A stretch of 64,000 nt of DNA from Candidatus Aminicenantes bacterium (GCA_963702005.1 OY969696.1:992001-1056000), one strand, 5' to 3'; counted from the stretch's first letter, positions 18,379 through 28,526 are shown. Notes: generated from the sequence alone by a model not told the origin. Numbers and translations: made by a program.

Positions 18379-18672
18379 CTAGTAGAGATAATCCGAAACA
18401 AGAATATCGCTAAAAACGGAAGGCAACTTCGCGGCTACGGCTTTATGCTTAGGATGGTCAAGATAGCTTTTCAAAGCGGCTTCGTCATCGAAATCAATAA
18501 ATAAGGCCATGCCATAGCGCACTTGGCCTCTGACTTCTAAAGCTTGACCCAGGACAAGATTATGCACTCCTGGTAGTTGCGTTAATATTTCAACAGCCTT
18601 TTTAGCAAACTCCTCTCGCTCAGGTTGATCGACCTCAGCCTTAAAATTGCTCATAACGATATGCCTTATCAT
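18379..18672 (-). CDS. Dabb family (stress-responsive A/B barrel) protein
   Basis: MIRHIV...F.DEAALKSYLDHPKH; AT-rich relative to flanks. Confidence 0.85.
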   Translation of the reverse strand: MIRHIVMSNFKAEVDQPEREEFAKKAVEILTQLPGVHNLVLGQALEVRGQVRYGMALFIDFDDEAALKSYLDHPKHKAVAAKLPSVFSDILVSDYLY

Positions 18673-18832
18673 GTTCTCCTCCTACCATAGAATTAAGATG
18701 CTTTTTATTAATACAATCTAATAATAATCATATTGTACCGAATAAGCGAACCAAAGCATCATATTTTTCTCGATTTTACTACACATCAAAAACAAGCCCA
18801 TAGGCAAATGCGGCACGGCCTCCCGGCACGCC

Positions 18833-18877
18833 GTCGGCAATTCAATATTCGGGCGAATCGCGGGGCTTCGGCTTCGT
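18833..18877 (+). pseudogene. RRM gene remnant (RNP1 region)
   Basis: TATTCGGGCGAATCGCGGGGCTTCGGCTTCGT (18846-18877) is identical to 20176-20207. It is preceded by GTCGGCAAT (VGN). Confidence 0.7.
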
Positions 18878-18924
18878 CCCGACTGCATTTGGGCTATTGA
18901 CAACTTGCCGCGGCCGTCAATATC

Positions 18925-19797
18925 ATGCCCCTTGAAATGACTCCTGACGCTCCATCCGCAAACTCCCGTTCGGGGATCCTGGCCATGGCGGCGGCCGCGT
19001 TCCTGTGGAGCATCGCCGGGCTGTTCATCAAGGTGATCGACTGGAACCCCTTCGCCATCGCCGCGGCGCGCAGCGCCGTCTCGGCGCTGGTCATCCTCGC
19101 CTGGCTGAAGCGGCCGAAGATCCACTGGTCGGCTCCGCAGGTCGGGGCGGCCCTGGCCCAGGCGGCCACGATGCTGCTCTTTGTCGCCGCCAACAAGACC
19201 ACCACCGCAGCCAACGCCATCCTGCTCCAGTATGTCGGCCCGGTCTTCACCGCCATCCTCGGCGCCTGGATCCTCAAGGAGCGCGCCCGCTGGGAGCACT
19301 GGGCCTCCTTCGCCTTCGTCGCCGCCGGCATGATCCTGCTCTTCATGGACAAGCTGGGCGGCGGCCGCCCGCTGGGTAACGTCCTGGCCCTTTTGTCGGG
19401 GCTGACCTTCAGCTTCTGCTTCATATTCCTGCGCATGCAGAAAGACGCCTCGCCGCTGGAGTCGATCCTGCTGGCCCACGGCTTCACCGCCGCGACCGGT
19501 TTCGCCGTTGCCCTCTTTCTGCCCTGTCCCGTCTTCACCTGGAAGGCGGTCGGCGCCGTCGCCGTACTGGGTGTCTTCCAGGTCGGCCTGGCGTCCATTC
19601 TGTTCGCTTACGCCATCAAGCGCATCTCGGCCGTCTTCGCCAACCTGGTCGCCGTCATCGAGCCGGTCTTCAATCCGTTATGGGTTTTCCTGGCGCTGGG
19701 CGAAAAGCCGGGGGTCCATGCCATAGCCGGCGGCCTGATCATCATCGTCGCGGTGACGGGAGCTTCGATCATCGGAGCCGGCCGGGATCGGACATAA
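18925..19797 (+). CDS. DMT/EamA family transporter
   Basis: About 10 hydrophobic segments in two EamA repeats; ANAILLQY, IEPVFNPLWVFL. The true start may be ATG 18938. Confidence 0.9.
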   Translation: MPLEMTPDAPSANSRSGILAMAAAAFLWSIAGLFIKVIDWNPFAIAAARSAVSALVILAWLKRPKIHWSAPQVGAALAQAATMLLFVAANKTTTAANAILLQYVGPVFTAILGAWILKERARWEHWASFAFVAAGMILLFMDKLGGGRPLGNVLALLSGLTFSFCFIFLRMQKDASPLESILLAHGFTAATGFAVALFLPCPVFTWKAVGAVAVLGVFQVGLASILFAYAIKRISAVFANLVAVIEPVFNPLWVFLALGEKPGVHAIAGGLIIIVAVTGASIIGAGRDRT

Positions 19798-19859
19798 GCC
19801 AGACGGCGGAAAGACGACTTGGGCTTTATTAAACCAAGATCTGGGCGGAGCTAGCCTCT

Positions 19860-20108
19860 GCCAATGACTGGCTGATGTCGCTCGAGCGATCGCTTCTGGC
19901 TGAAAAAGGGCTGCCCGGGCGCCCATGGTTCCGGCACCTCATCTATGCACCGCTGCCCTCCTACGCCGCCGAGACGCTCCCCGCCGTGCGCGAAGCCATC
20001 GAAGCCGCCAAGGCCGAGGACGCGAAGGCGCGCATCCGAGAGCTCGTCGCAAAGCTCGATAACGCGACATCCCACGCCCGCCGAATGAGTTCTTTTCAAG
20101 GTAACTGA
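19860..20108 (+). pseudogene. Orphan C-terminal fragment of an M28/glutamate carboxypeptidase II-like protein (TFR dimerisation domain)
   Basis: NDWLMSLERSLL..KGLPGRPWFRHLIYAP...YAAETLPAVREAI, with no catalytic domain upstream. Confidence 0.75.
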
Positions 20109-20269
20109 AGCGGACCTCAAGGAGCTGTTCGGCCAGCACGGAACGGTTCAGACCGCGTCGGTCATCAAGGACAAGTATTCGGGCGAATCGCGGGGCTTCG
20201 GCTTCGTGGAGATGCCCGAGAAGGAAGAGGCCCTCAAGGCCATCTCTGCGCTCAACGGCAAGGACTTCA
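20092..20269 (+). pseudogene. Largest RRM RNA-binding protein remnant
   Basis: From 20101: VTEADLKELFGQHGTVQTASVIKDKYSGESRGFGFVEMPEKEEALKAISALNGKD, including RNP1 RGFGFVEM. No start codon or C-terminus. Confidence 0.9.
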
Positions 20270-20313
20270 GTCCCCTTCGCGGGATTGCACGGACGTAAGG
20301 CTGTGGAGCTTCA
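20270..20313 (+). mobile_element. ~44-bp palindromic mini-element (PATE/REP-like) after TTCA
   Basis: TCCCCTTCGCGGGA and CACGGACGTAAGGCTGTG hairpins, ending GAGCTTCA. Second copy at 42701-42743. Confidence 0.6.
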
Positions 20314-20356
20314 GGGGCGGATTTCCCGGAAAGGGAAGTCCACCCTCTTTTATTTT
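20314..20356 (+). terminator. Terminator of the RRM-remnant family
   Basis: GGGGCGGATTTCCCGGAAAGGGAAGTCCACCC plus T-rich tract. Confidence 0.75.
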
Positions 20357-20401
20357 TGGCGGTTTTATAGACTGGACTTCAACGCGAGGTTGGGAAGGCT
20401 G

Positions 20402-20623
20402 TCACGAGGCGGGAAATCGAACGCGGCGTTTCCGGAGGCCGATGAGGATGAAATTATCGCGCTCGGCTTTCTCGATCCTCTTGAGGGCCAGATCCAGAAG
20501 GAGCTTTCTCTTCTCCGGATCCCTCTTGATCGTTTTCCGGTATCTCCGGAGACCTAGGCGGTCGCGGAGAAGCAGCATCTCGCCGGAGGAGACCTTTTGT
20601 CGCATCCAGCCTGTCGACCTCAT
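20402..20623 (-). CDS. Small basic hypothetical protein
   Basis: 73 aa, MRSTGWMRQK...; preceded by AAGGGGG; lies downstream of the NTase fragment. Confidence 0.4.
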   Translation of the reverse strand: MRSTGWMRQKVSSGEMLLLRDRLGLRRYRKTIKRDPEKRKLLLDLALKRIEKAERDNFILIGLRKRRVRFPAS

Positions 20624-20700
20624 GAAGCCCCCTTGCCTTTGAGGGCCCGCAGCTCGGCCAGCGTGTTGTTCTCCGGAAGAGCCGCTTTCTTTTCGAGATA

Positions 20701-20914
20701 GGTCCAGCGGCGCTTCCTCCTCGGGGAGCCCGGAAGCGGGAACCTCAACCGCGATGTCCAGCCCGGCGTGGATCCAATACCGGCCCTTCTTAACGAATCC
20801 CAGCTCTCGCAGCACAGCGTCCAGAGCGTCGCGGTCGGCGTAAGCCAGGTCGATGTCGGCGGTGAAATAAACCTCGCGCGTGTAATAGGATAGGGCTAGA
20901 CCTCCGATGAGGAT
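20701..20914 (-). pseudogene. Nucleotidyltransferase (MNT-like) fragment
   Basis: ILIGGLALSYYTREVYFTADIDLAYADRDALDAVLRELGF: GG...T.DID polymerase-beta-superfamily motif. No start codon; truncated. Confidence 0.7.
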
Positions 20915-21015
20915 TTGATATTCACGGGATTATAATATCGACACCAGCGGGGAGAAACAAGCCCGGCCCCCCCCTAACGCGTTCCGGGTTGTCCGTCCCC
21001 ATGCTCAAGCCGTCA

Positions 21016-21214
21016 TTGATCCGTTTGCCAATACTAAGCCCTGCCCTTCATACCCATGAACCGGAAACGGTTCATGAGTACTGGCGCTCCAACGAGCATT
21101 CGTCCGTGGAGCTTCGGCCGGGAGGCAGCCTTGCAGCACCCACAAGCCGTCTCCGGCTTGTGAGTACTGCGAAACGCCTGCACTCATGGCTTCCATGAGT
21201 GTCGAGGGTTTGAC
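21016..21214 (+). mobile_element. Non-autonomous IS200/IS605-like palindromic element (copy A)
   Basis: Ends TTGATCCGTTTGCC and GTCGAGGGTTTGAC, with several ACTCA..TGAGT hairpins. It is the reverse-complement homolog of 36740-37069. Confidence 0.7.
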
Positions 21215-21238
21215 ATATTTTGAGCTCTCATTTATACT
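21210..21238 (+). promoter_or_regulatory. sigma70 promoter whose -35 box is formed by the element end
   Basis: TTGACA(21210-15)-17-TATACT(21233-38). Confidence 0.7.
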
Positions 21239-21348
21239 CCCACACGATGGGGGGATGGAACGATCGAGACGACACCGCTTCCTCAAACCGGCGCATCTAT
21301 CATACAAATCCCTAAAGAGTTTTTTGACATATCGCAAGGAGGTCATGA

Positions 21349-23058
21349 ATGAAGAAAGTTGCGATGCTGGCGTTCGTCCTCGCCGTATCGGCCGCGGCGG
21401 CCTACGGACAGACCTGGCTCACCGGGTCGCTCGATGACGCCCTGGCCAAGGCGAAGACGCAGAACAAGCTTCTGCTCCTCGATTTCCACCAAGAAAGCGG
21501 CTGAGGGTCCTGCAAACTGCTGGTCCAGCAGTACTATTCCAACGCCGCCTACAAGAAGTTTCTCGAAGACAACTTCGTCCTCTACCGCGCCTCCCGGGGC
21601 GCCAAGGTCGGGGAGGATATGTTCAAGAAGTTCAAGATCCGGGGGACGCCCTTTCTCCTGTTCCTCGACGGGGATGGGAACGAGGTCGACTGGATCTACA
21701 CCTACTCGGCCCCCCCTTCGAAGTTCCACGAGAAGGTGCTGAAGATCCTCAAGGGCGAGGACACGTTCCGCGCCCTGAACGCGAAGCTCCTGTCCGACCC
21801 GAAGAACGTCCCGCTCATGATGCAGGTCGCCCGGAAGCACGAGAGTCGCTTCGAGACGGACAAGGCCGTGTCGCTCTTCAAGGAGATCTTGGCGCTCGAT
21901 CCGGAGGGCAAGACCGGGACGACGGAGTACGACGGAAGCCCCGTCCCCTGCGTCGAGTACGCGGATTTCAGGATCGCAGAGGACGCCGGCAGCAAGGCCG
22001 AAGATCCCGCGCCGTTCCTCGCATTCACGGCCCGGAGGCCAGCGAGTCGCCTGGCGCGCGACGCCTACCGCAACTGCGCTTACTTTTTCCTTTCCGGCCG
22101 AAGCAAGGATGAAGCCTTCAAGTTCTTTGAAGACGGCTTGGCGAAGTATCCCGGCGATCCGCTCCTGACCTTCTATTATTTGCAGAGAATCGCCCAGGAA
22201 CGGGACAATCTCGACCGGGGCATCGCCCTCGCCCGCGAGATACAACAATACGCGTCTCTGAACGACATGGTCCAGCGCACGGGCGCCCAGCTCCAGGTCC
22301 TTAAGGGCGATTTCGATTCGGCTGAAGCGGCCTACGGCCCGGACTACGTCGACGGACGGCTCTCGAGCGCCGCGAACGCTCTTCAAAACTACGCGCAATT
22401 CTGGGCCGGCCAGAAAAAGAACATGGACAGCGCGCTCAAGGCCATAAAGCTGGTTATGGACCTGCAGCCCGACAACGTCTATGCGGTCTATTCGGCCGCG
22501 GAATTCTACATCCGAGCGGGACTGCCGGAGAAAGCCGACGAGGTGTTCGGACCGGCCTACGCGGAGAAACATAAGGACGATCCCCAGGCCCTGGCTTACT
22601 ATGCGGGATTCTGGGCGCGCCAGAAGAAGCACCCGGAAAGCCTCTCCGCGGCGGAAGCGGCCGTCCAATTGAAACCCGACGATTCAAATATCCTGGAAAT
22701 GGCAGCACGGGCCTTTATCGCATGGGGCAAGCAGGACCGTGCGCTGGCCGTATACGGGCCTTCGATCGTCGGGAAGATCGGGGACGACGCGATGCACTTG
22801 AACGCCTACGCCTGGTTCTGGGCGGAGATGGGGGCGAACCTGGAGAGCGCGCTCTCGGCGGCGCAAAAATCGATCGAACTTGACGACCGGGAGTGGACCG
22901 AGGATACGCTCGCGGTGGTCCTCCTGGGGTTGGGCCGGCTCGACGAGGCCCTCGCGGCCGAGAACAAGGCGATGGCCATGTCCTCGACCCCCAGCCGATA
23001 CGAGGGCACGATGAAAAAGATCAAGGACGCCATCGAAAAGAAAAAACAGAATAAGTAG
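21349..23058 (+). CDS. Secreted selenoprotein: thioredoxin-like (UxxC) domain plus TPR repeats, 569 aa
   Basis: AAGGAGG RBS, ATG 21349, MKKVAMLAFVLAVSAAAAYGQTWLTGSLDDALAKAKTQNKLLLLDFHQESG-TGA-GSC. In frame with ORF 21619-23058, which has the GTP cis-Pro motif and TPRs. SECIS-like hairpin present. Confidence 0.88.
21516..21532 (+). promoter_or_regulatory. Bacterial SECIS-like hairpin
   Basis: ACTGCTG-GTC-CAGCAGT begins 11 nt after TGA 21502-21504; apical GGUC as in the E. coli fdhF SECIS. Confidence 0.75.
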
Positions 23059-23224
23059 AGCGCGAACGAACGGGGCGTTTCCCAAGCGGCTGGGCAAATA
23101 CATGATCCGGCCGCTGCTGTCCCTGGAGCGCCTCTCCCCCGAGGCCCGTCCCCTCCAAGGGCTGGGCGGAGATGATCCGGAAAGTCTACGAGGTGGATCC
23201 GCAGCGCAGCCCTATGAGGAGCCC

Positions 23225-23698
23225 TTAGAGCCCGATCTTTGTGATCAAGAAACGCTCTCCGTCGCGTCGGCAATAAACATAGAAGATCTTGCCGTTCTTG
23301 ACGGCGTCGATGAGCTCGTTGACTTCTTTGGCCGTTGTGGCGACATCGACCTTATTGGCCGTGATAACCGTGCAGACATTGTCGCTGTTGGGGCCTTTTA
23401 GCTGGGGCTTCATCCAAATAAGAACGCTGGGCTCATCGCCGCCAATGGGACGGTCAAGCCAGGCGCATTCTCCCGGGGCCGGCTGTCTTTGCGAGCCCGC
23501 ATAGGGGGATTTGGCGAACTCAAAATAGTACGAGCAGATAAAATCCCCCGAGTCGGTGTGAAGACCGGGTAGGATAGCCAGAGTCATCTTGCCTCCGCCG
23601 TGGCAGATCATGGGATAGCTTTCGGGTTGTTGAGCCCGCATGGATCTCAAGGGGGTCAACATAAGCACCAACCATAAAAGCAAGGCGAGCCTTTTCAT
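23225..23698 (-). CDS. Secreted Cys-containing hypothetical protein
   Basis: GGGGAGG RBS, ATG 23698, MKRLALLLWLV signal peptide; YPMICHGGG..PGECAWLDRP. Confidence 0.75.
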   Translation of the reverse strand: MKRLALLLWLVLMLTPLRSMRAQQPESYPMICHGGGKMTLAILPGLHTDSGDFICSYYFEFAKSPYAGSQRQPAPGECAWLDRPIGGDEPSVLIWMKPQLKGPNSDNVCTVITANKVDVATTAKEVNELIDAVKNGKIFYVYCRRDGERFLITKIGL

Positions 23699-23920
23699 GG
23701 GCACCTCCCCGCAATCGGATTCGAAAATCCGGACCAAGGCCGGTGTATCTTTTGCCATCCGAGGCAGAAAATATCCTCTGGAAAGCGCCGAGACGCGTCT
23801 ATTCCCTTCAACCTATTCCTTGGGCGGAAGGCGCCGAGCCCCTCCGGCCACTCGCTCGGAACCGAAGAATTCAGCGCCCTCAGGGTCTCATCCGAGGCGT
23901 TGGTGGTGATATGGAAATAC

Positions 23921-24019
23921 TCAAACCAGATGGAGGGCTTCCTCCCTTCCACAGCACTTTTTATACTTTTTCCCGCCGCCGCAGGGGCATGGGTCGTTGC
24001 GGCCGGTTTTCTGGGACAT
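23921..24019 (-). pseudogene. SEC-C motif fragment
   Basis: [24 protein letters not shown], then a stop after 32 aa. Confidence 0.65.
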
Positions 24020-24540
24020 CCGAGGAAAAGGATATCCAAAACCCGGGGTCGCGTCTACTCTTTTTAATCTCTCTTTTTCTAGCTTAATCTCTCTGCTCTT
24101 CTCCGGCATGAATGTCTTAGGTTTTGTATATATCGCCTAAGGACTTCAATTTCCTTCGTGGGATTTAAGGACGAGCCTTTGGATGGAAAGGTTTTCGATA
24201 CAAAATATTGGACTTAGTACATAAAATTGAATTTCTAGGCCTTCTGGATCCTCCAAGGCTTTTCGTCGTCTCTCGCATCTTATTTCATTCAAAGCATATA
24301 CATAAAGGTCCGCTTCCCTCAAAGATGGCACATATTTTGCTTAATATTACAATAGATATTAACTATAACTTTAGGTTTAGAGCTCGAATTATTGGAGACG
24401 AGCCGAATGAGGAATCAGAAAATGAACAGAGGAGGTGAGAGAGAAAAAAGTCATTGCGCAGGTTTAAGCATGGGGCCGGGTGAAGACTTTTTCACCCAGA
24501 GGATGGATGATTTTATTAATGATCGCCAAAGGAGGGCTAA

Positions 24541-27453
24541 TTGAAAAAAGCCTTAGTGTTACTCAGCCTTCTTCTCTTTGTGGGGATCTTTGTCTACGGC
24601 CAGGCGCCCGGCAGCATCCGGGGCAAGGTCGTCGACAAGGACGGCAATCCCCTTCCCGGCGTCAGCGTCACCCTGACCGGGTCTAAGACGGCGCAGCTGG
24701 TCACAATCACATCGATGGAAGGGAACTTCCGGTTCCTGTCCCTCGACCCTGCCAGCGACTATGCCCTGAGACTTGAGCTCCAAGGGTTCAAACCCTTCAT
24801 ACGGTCGCAGCTCAGCGTTTCCTACGGCCGGGACGTCAACCTCGACCTCACGATGGAGCAGGCCGTCCTCGAGGAAACGGTCACCGTCGTCGGCCAAACG
24901 CCCATCATCGACACCAAGAGGACGCAGGTCGGCGTCAATATCACGGGGGAGATGATCATGCGGCTGCCCACCGCGCGGGACCCCTGGGTTCTGATGCAGC
25001 TTTCCCCGGGGATGCTGATCGACCGTGAGAACGTCGGCGGCAGCGACAGCGGCCAGCAGTCGTCCTACTTCGGCCACGGCGGCTCGAGCGGCGACGCCAC
25101 CTGGAGCGTCGACGGCGGCAACATCACGGACAACTCCGCGCTCGGCGCGGCCCCGGCCTACCTGAACATGGCGGGGTTCGAGGAAGTCCTGATCAACTAC
25201 GGCAACAACGACGTCCGATCCGAGACCGGCGGTGTCCAGCTCAACTTCATCAGCAAGCGCGGCGGCAACGCCTTTTCGGGCATGTTCTACCTGGACGCCT
25301 CGAAGGAGGACTGGCAGGCCAAGAACGTCCCCGCCTCGTTGACGAAGATCCGGCCGACCTATGTGGGCGCCGGCATCACCAAGGTCTACCTCTACGGCGC
25401 CAACTTCGGCGGACCGATCTTCAAGGACAAACTCTGGTTCTACGGCTCCTACGGGATCCAGGACCTGGGGACGCACTCCATCACCGGGACCGCGGACAAC
25501 ACCTGGCTCGAATCCGGCTACCTCCGGTTGGACGCCCAGATTACCCCGAGCACGAGGGCCAACCTTTACTACGAGTACGACAACAAGCAGAAGTGGGGAC
25601 GGACGAACTGGGGCGCCGCGTCACAGGGCCCCGAGACCGTCTGGAACCAGGTCGGCCCGACGCCCATCTACAAGGGCGAAGTCGAGCAGACCTTCGGAAA
25701 CCTCTTCTTGAACCTCAAGGCGATTTACACCCACAACATCTTCCACCTCATCCCCAAGCTCGGCCCGCGGACGGCCGACGGCACCGGCCCGTATGAAGTC
25801 CAGACCAACTACCCCGAGTTCTATGCCAGCGGGAACATCGCCGACTACAACACCGTCCGGCCCCAGACCAACGCCAACTTCTACGGCAACTATTTTGCCG
25901 AGAACTTACTCGGCGGCGACCACGAGTTCAAGTTCGGCGTCGATTACACCACCTCGACCGTCTCCACCTACTCCCTGCTCGAGGGCAACCTCATCGTTTA
26001 CAAGTCTTCGCCCACCTGGACCGAAGCCTGGTGCATCCGCGACTTCTACAACAACTTCAAGTTCGACCGTTATTCGATCTTCGCCCAGGACACGGCGAGC
26101 TTCGGCCGGCTGACCGTCGGCCTCGGACTCCGCTACGATATCGAGAAGTCCATCGTGGCCAACGTCCACCAGCCCGCCGCGCCCTTGATGTCGAACTATC
26201 TGGTCGACCTGAAAGTCGACAAGTTCGACCCCGGCATGCGGTCCAAGGTCTGGTCGCCACGCTTTAACCTCGTTTACGACATCACGGGAGACGGAAAAAC
26301 GGTCGCCAAGCTCAACCTCGCCCAATACGGCTCCCAGACGGGATACGAATTCGCCAGCTTCCTCAACCCGGTGCCCTGGGCCGAGATCGACCTCCGCTGG
26401 GTGGATTCCAACGGCGACGGACGCGTCACTCAGAACGAGCTCTTCGGGACGAACTGGGATACCGGCGAACCGACCGTCGACCCCAACGACCCCAGCGGCT
26501 GGTCCTGGTACGGCGGCTTCGATCCGGCCAACCCGACCCTGGCCCAGTCCACGAACAAGTACGACCCCAGCTTTAAGGAACCGCTTCTCGACGAAGCTTC
26601 GTTCTCACTGGAACGGGAGGTCATCGCGGACTTCGCCGTGCGGTTGGAACTCTTCTACAGGAACCGGCACCGCTTCAGCTTCGACCGGGGGATCATGGCC
26701 GACGGCAGCCTCGAGACGAAGGACAACTGGTATCTGCAGGGAGTCAATTCGACCACGGGCGCCAACGTTTACGGCCGCCACGAGTGGCCGGTCGGCTCCT
26801 ACCGGACCAATACCTACGACGGGACGAACGAAATCAAGGCCCACGAGCGCTACCTGGCGGCCGAAATCGTCGTCAAGAAACGGCTGTCCCACAACTGGAT
26901 GCTCGACGGCTCCTTCACCCTGTCCGATTATAAGTACTACCACGGCAACGACAAGAGCGTCTGGCCCTTCGACCTGAACAACTGGGACTACTACGAGGGC
27001 GGCGTCGTCGCTCCGCAGAGCGGCGGCTCCGGCATCTCGTACGTGTGGGTCAACTCCACGTGGATGGGCAAGCTCGCCGGGCTCTACCAGTTCCCTTACG
27101 GAATCAGCGCCAGCTTCGCCTTCCAGGCCCGCCAGGGCTACGTCTTCCCGCCCAACGCCTACATCTACCGGAACAACTTAGGCTGGGGCAACGTCTACGC
27201 GACCTCGGCGGGGAATATCGGAAAGTTCGGCGACAAGCGGCTCCCCAACTTCTACGAGCTCAGTCTGAGAGTCGAAAAGACGTTCAACGTCGCCGAGAAG
27301 CTCCGGGTCACGATCGCTGGAGACTGCTTCAACGTCTTCAACTCGGCCACGGCCCTGGAAGAGCAGGCCAGGCTGACCTCGGCTATCTACGGCCAAACCA
27401 TGCGCATTCTGAACCCGCGGGTCTTCCGCTTCGGCGCCCGCGTCGAGTTCTAA
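24541..27453 (+). CDS. TonB-dependent receptor with N-terminal carboxypeptidase-regulatory-like domain
   Basis: TTG start after GGAGGG; GSIRGKVVDKDGNPLPGVSVTL; plug region LPTARDP; C-terminal PRVFRFGARVEF. Confidence 0.92.
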   Translation: MKKALVLLSLLLFVGIFVYGQAPGSIRGKVVDKDGNPLPGVSVTLTGSKTAQLVTITSMEGNFRFLSLDPASDYALRLELQGFKPFIRSQLSVSYGRDVNLDLTMEQAVLEETVTVVGQTPIIDTKRTQVGVNITGEMIMRLPTARDPWVLMQLSPGMLIDRENVGGSDSGQQSSYFGHGGSSGDATWSVDGGNITDNSALGAAPAYLNMAGFEEVLINYGNNDVRSETGGVQLNFISKRGGNAFSGMFYLDASKEDWQAKNVPASLTKIRPTYVGAGITKVYLYGANFGGPIFKDKLWFYGSYGIQDLGTHSITGTADNTWLESGYLRLDAQITPSTRANLYYEYDNKQKWGRTNWGAASQGPETVWNQVGPTPIYKGEVEQTFGNLFLNLKAIYTHNIFHLIPKLGPRTADGTGPYEVQTNYPEFYASGNIADYNTVRPQTNANFYGNYFAENLLGGDHEFKFGVDYTTSTVSTYSLLEGNLIVYKSSPTWTEAWCIRDFYNNFKFDRYSIFAQDTASFGRLTVGLGLRYDIEKSIVANVHQPAAPLMSNYLVDLKVDKFDPGMRSKVWSPRFNLVYDITGDGKTVAKLNLAQYGSQTGYEFASFLNPVPWAEIDLRWVDSNGDGRVTQNELFGTNWDTGEPTVDPNDPSGWSWYGGFDPANPTLAQSTNKYDPSFKEPLLDEASFSLEREVIADFAVRLELFYRNRHRFSFDRGIMADGSLETKDNWYLQGVNSTTGANVYGRHEWPVGSYRTNTYDGTNEIKAHERYLAAEIVVKKRLSHNWMLDGSFTLSDYKYYHGNDKSVWPFDLNNWDYYEGGVVAPQSGGSGISYVWVNSTWMGKLAGLYQFPYGISASFAFQARQGYVFPPNAYIYRNNLGWGNVYATSAGNIGKFGDKRLPNFYELSLRVEKTFNVAEKLRVTIAGDCFNVFNSATALEEQARLTSAIYGQTMRILNPRVFRFGARVEF

Positions 27454-27483
27454 GCTCCCCGCACACTCACACGCAGACGCTCA

Positions 27484-27521
27484 AAGCCCCTTCCGGCTCC
27501 GGCCGGAAGGGGCTTTTTTTT
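27484..27521 (+). terminator. Rho-independent terminator
   Basis: AAGCCCCTTCCGG-CTCCGG-CCGGAAGGGGCTT plus T8. Confidence 0.85.
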
Positions 27522-27588
27522 ATCCTTCTATCCTTCGCCTATGGCATTTCCAGGGAGGGGAGTGATAAAATAAAAAGGGAGGAAGAGC

Positions 27589-28506
27589 ATGAAGAAAAAC
27601 CTGTTCGTGATGTTCATAATGATTCTCGCGGCTTCCCTCGTTTTCGGCCAGGCCTACCGGGGCCAGGGCCGCCTCAGGGGAAAAGTCACCGACGAGGCGG
27701 GGAAACCCCTGGAAGGAGTCAAGGTCAAGCTCTTCTCGATCAAAGGCCAGTCCGGCTTCGAGCTGACAACCAACGCCGAAGGCGGATGGACCGCCAACTA
27801 CATCCGCGGAGGCGGCTACGACATCGATTTTCTGAAGGTCGGCTACGAGCCCAAGCGCATCTCGACCAGTATCCCCGAGCAGACCGATAACCCGCTGGTC
27901 GAAGTCAAGCTCAAGAAGCTGGAAGGATTGGTCATCACGGACGAGCTCAAGGCGGCCCTAACCTCGGGGAATAAGCTCTTCGAGGAGCAAAAGTACGAGG
28001 AGGCCGTTAAGATCTACGAGGACATCATAACCCAGAACCCGGACGCTTATATCCTATATAAAAACGTCGGGAACTGCTGGTTCGAGCTCCAGCGGTACGA
28101 CAAGGCCGAGGCGGCCTACCAAAAGGTCTTGGAGAAGGAGCCGTCCAACCCCGACATCCTGCTCCTGATCGGCAACTGCTACGCCAACCGCGGCGAGTCC
28201 GACAAAGCCATGGAATGGTACAACAAGATCGAGTTCGAAAAAATCAGCGATCCGACGGTCCTCTTCAACATCGGGACGAACTTCACCAAGCAGTCCCAGT
28301 TCGAGGATGCCCTGAAGTACTACAAGCGGTCGGTCGAGCTCCAGAAGGACTTCCTGGACGGGCTCTACCGGCTCGGCCTGACCTATCTCGCCCTGGGCCG
28401 GAACGCCGAGGCCATCCCGGCTTTCGAGGACTACCTCAAATACGACCCCGACTCGGACCGGTCCGGCCAGGTCAAGAATTTCCTCGATTTCTTGAAAAAG
28501 AAGTAG
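27589..28506 (+). CDS. Carboxypeptidase-regulatory-like domain plus TPR protein
   Basis: GRLRGKVTDEAGKPLEGVKV, several TPRs, signal peptide. Confidence 0.9.
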   Translation: MKKNLFVMFIMILAASLVFGQAYRGQGRLRGKVTDEAGKPLEGVKVKLFSIKGQSGFELTTNAEGGWTANYIRGGGYDIDFLKVGYEPKRISTSIPEQTDNPLVEVKLKKLEGLVITDELKAALTSGNKLFEEQKYEEAVKIYEDIITQNPDAYILYKNVGNCWFELQRYDKAEAAYQKVLEKEPSNPDILLLIGNCYANRGESDKAMEWYNKIEFEKISDPTVLFNIGTNFTKQSQFEDALKYYKRSVELQKDFLDGLYRLGLTYLALGRNAEAIPAFEDYLKYDPDSDRSGQVKNFLDFLKKK

Positions 28507-28526
28507 CCCGTCGCCGCCAAACCAGA

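Noticed and set aside
21016-21214. Hairpin clusters here and at 36660-37070 considered as a CRISPR array or tRNA
   Set aside because: No constant-length identical repeats with unique spacers, no cas genes, and no cloverleaf or T-loop consensus.
21502-21504. TGA as a nonsense mutation or as genetic code 4/25 reassignment
   Set aside because: Many other genes here end in TGA. The position at the redox motif and the SECIS-like hairpin favour selenocysteine.
24040-24540. Short ORFs in the AT-rich stretch upstream of the TonB receptor
   Set aside because: No recognisable motifs and atypical codon use; more likely a regulatory region.
28215-28526. N-terminal extensions in the ORF track (28215, 2619, 46167, 57267, 59396, 55001, 50822, 23758)
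   Set aside because: They overlap upstream genes or promoters. Downstream starts have signal peptides and usually a better RBS.
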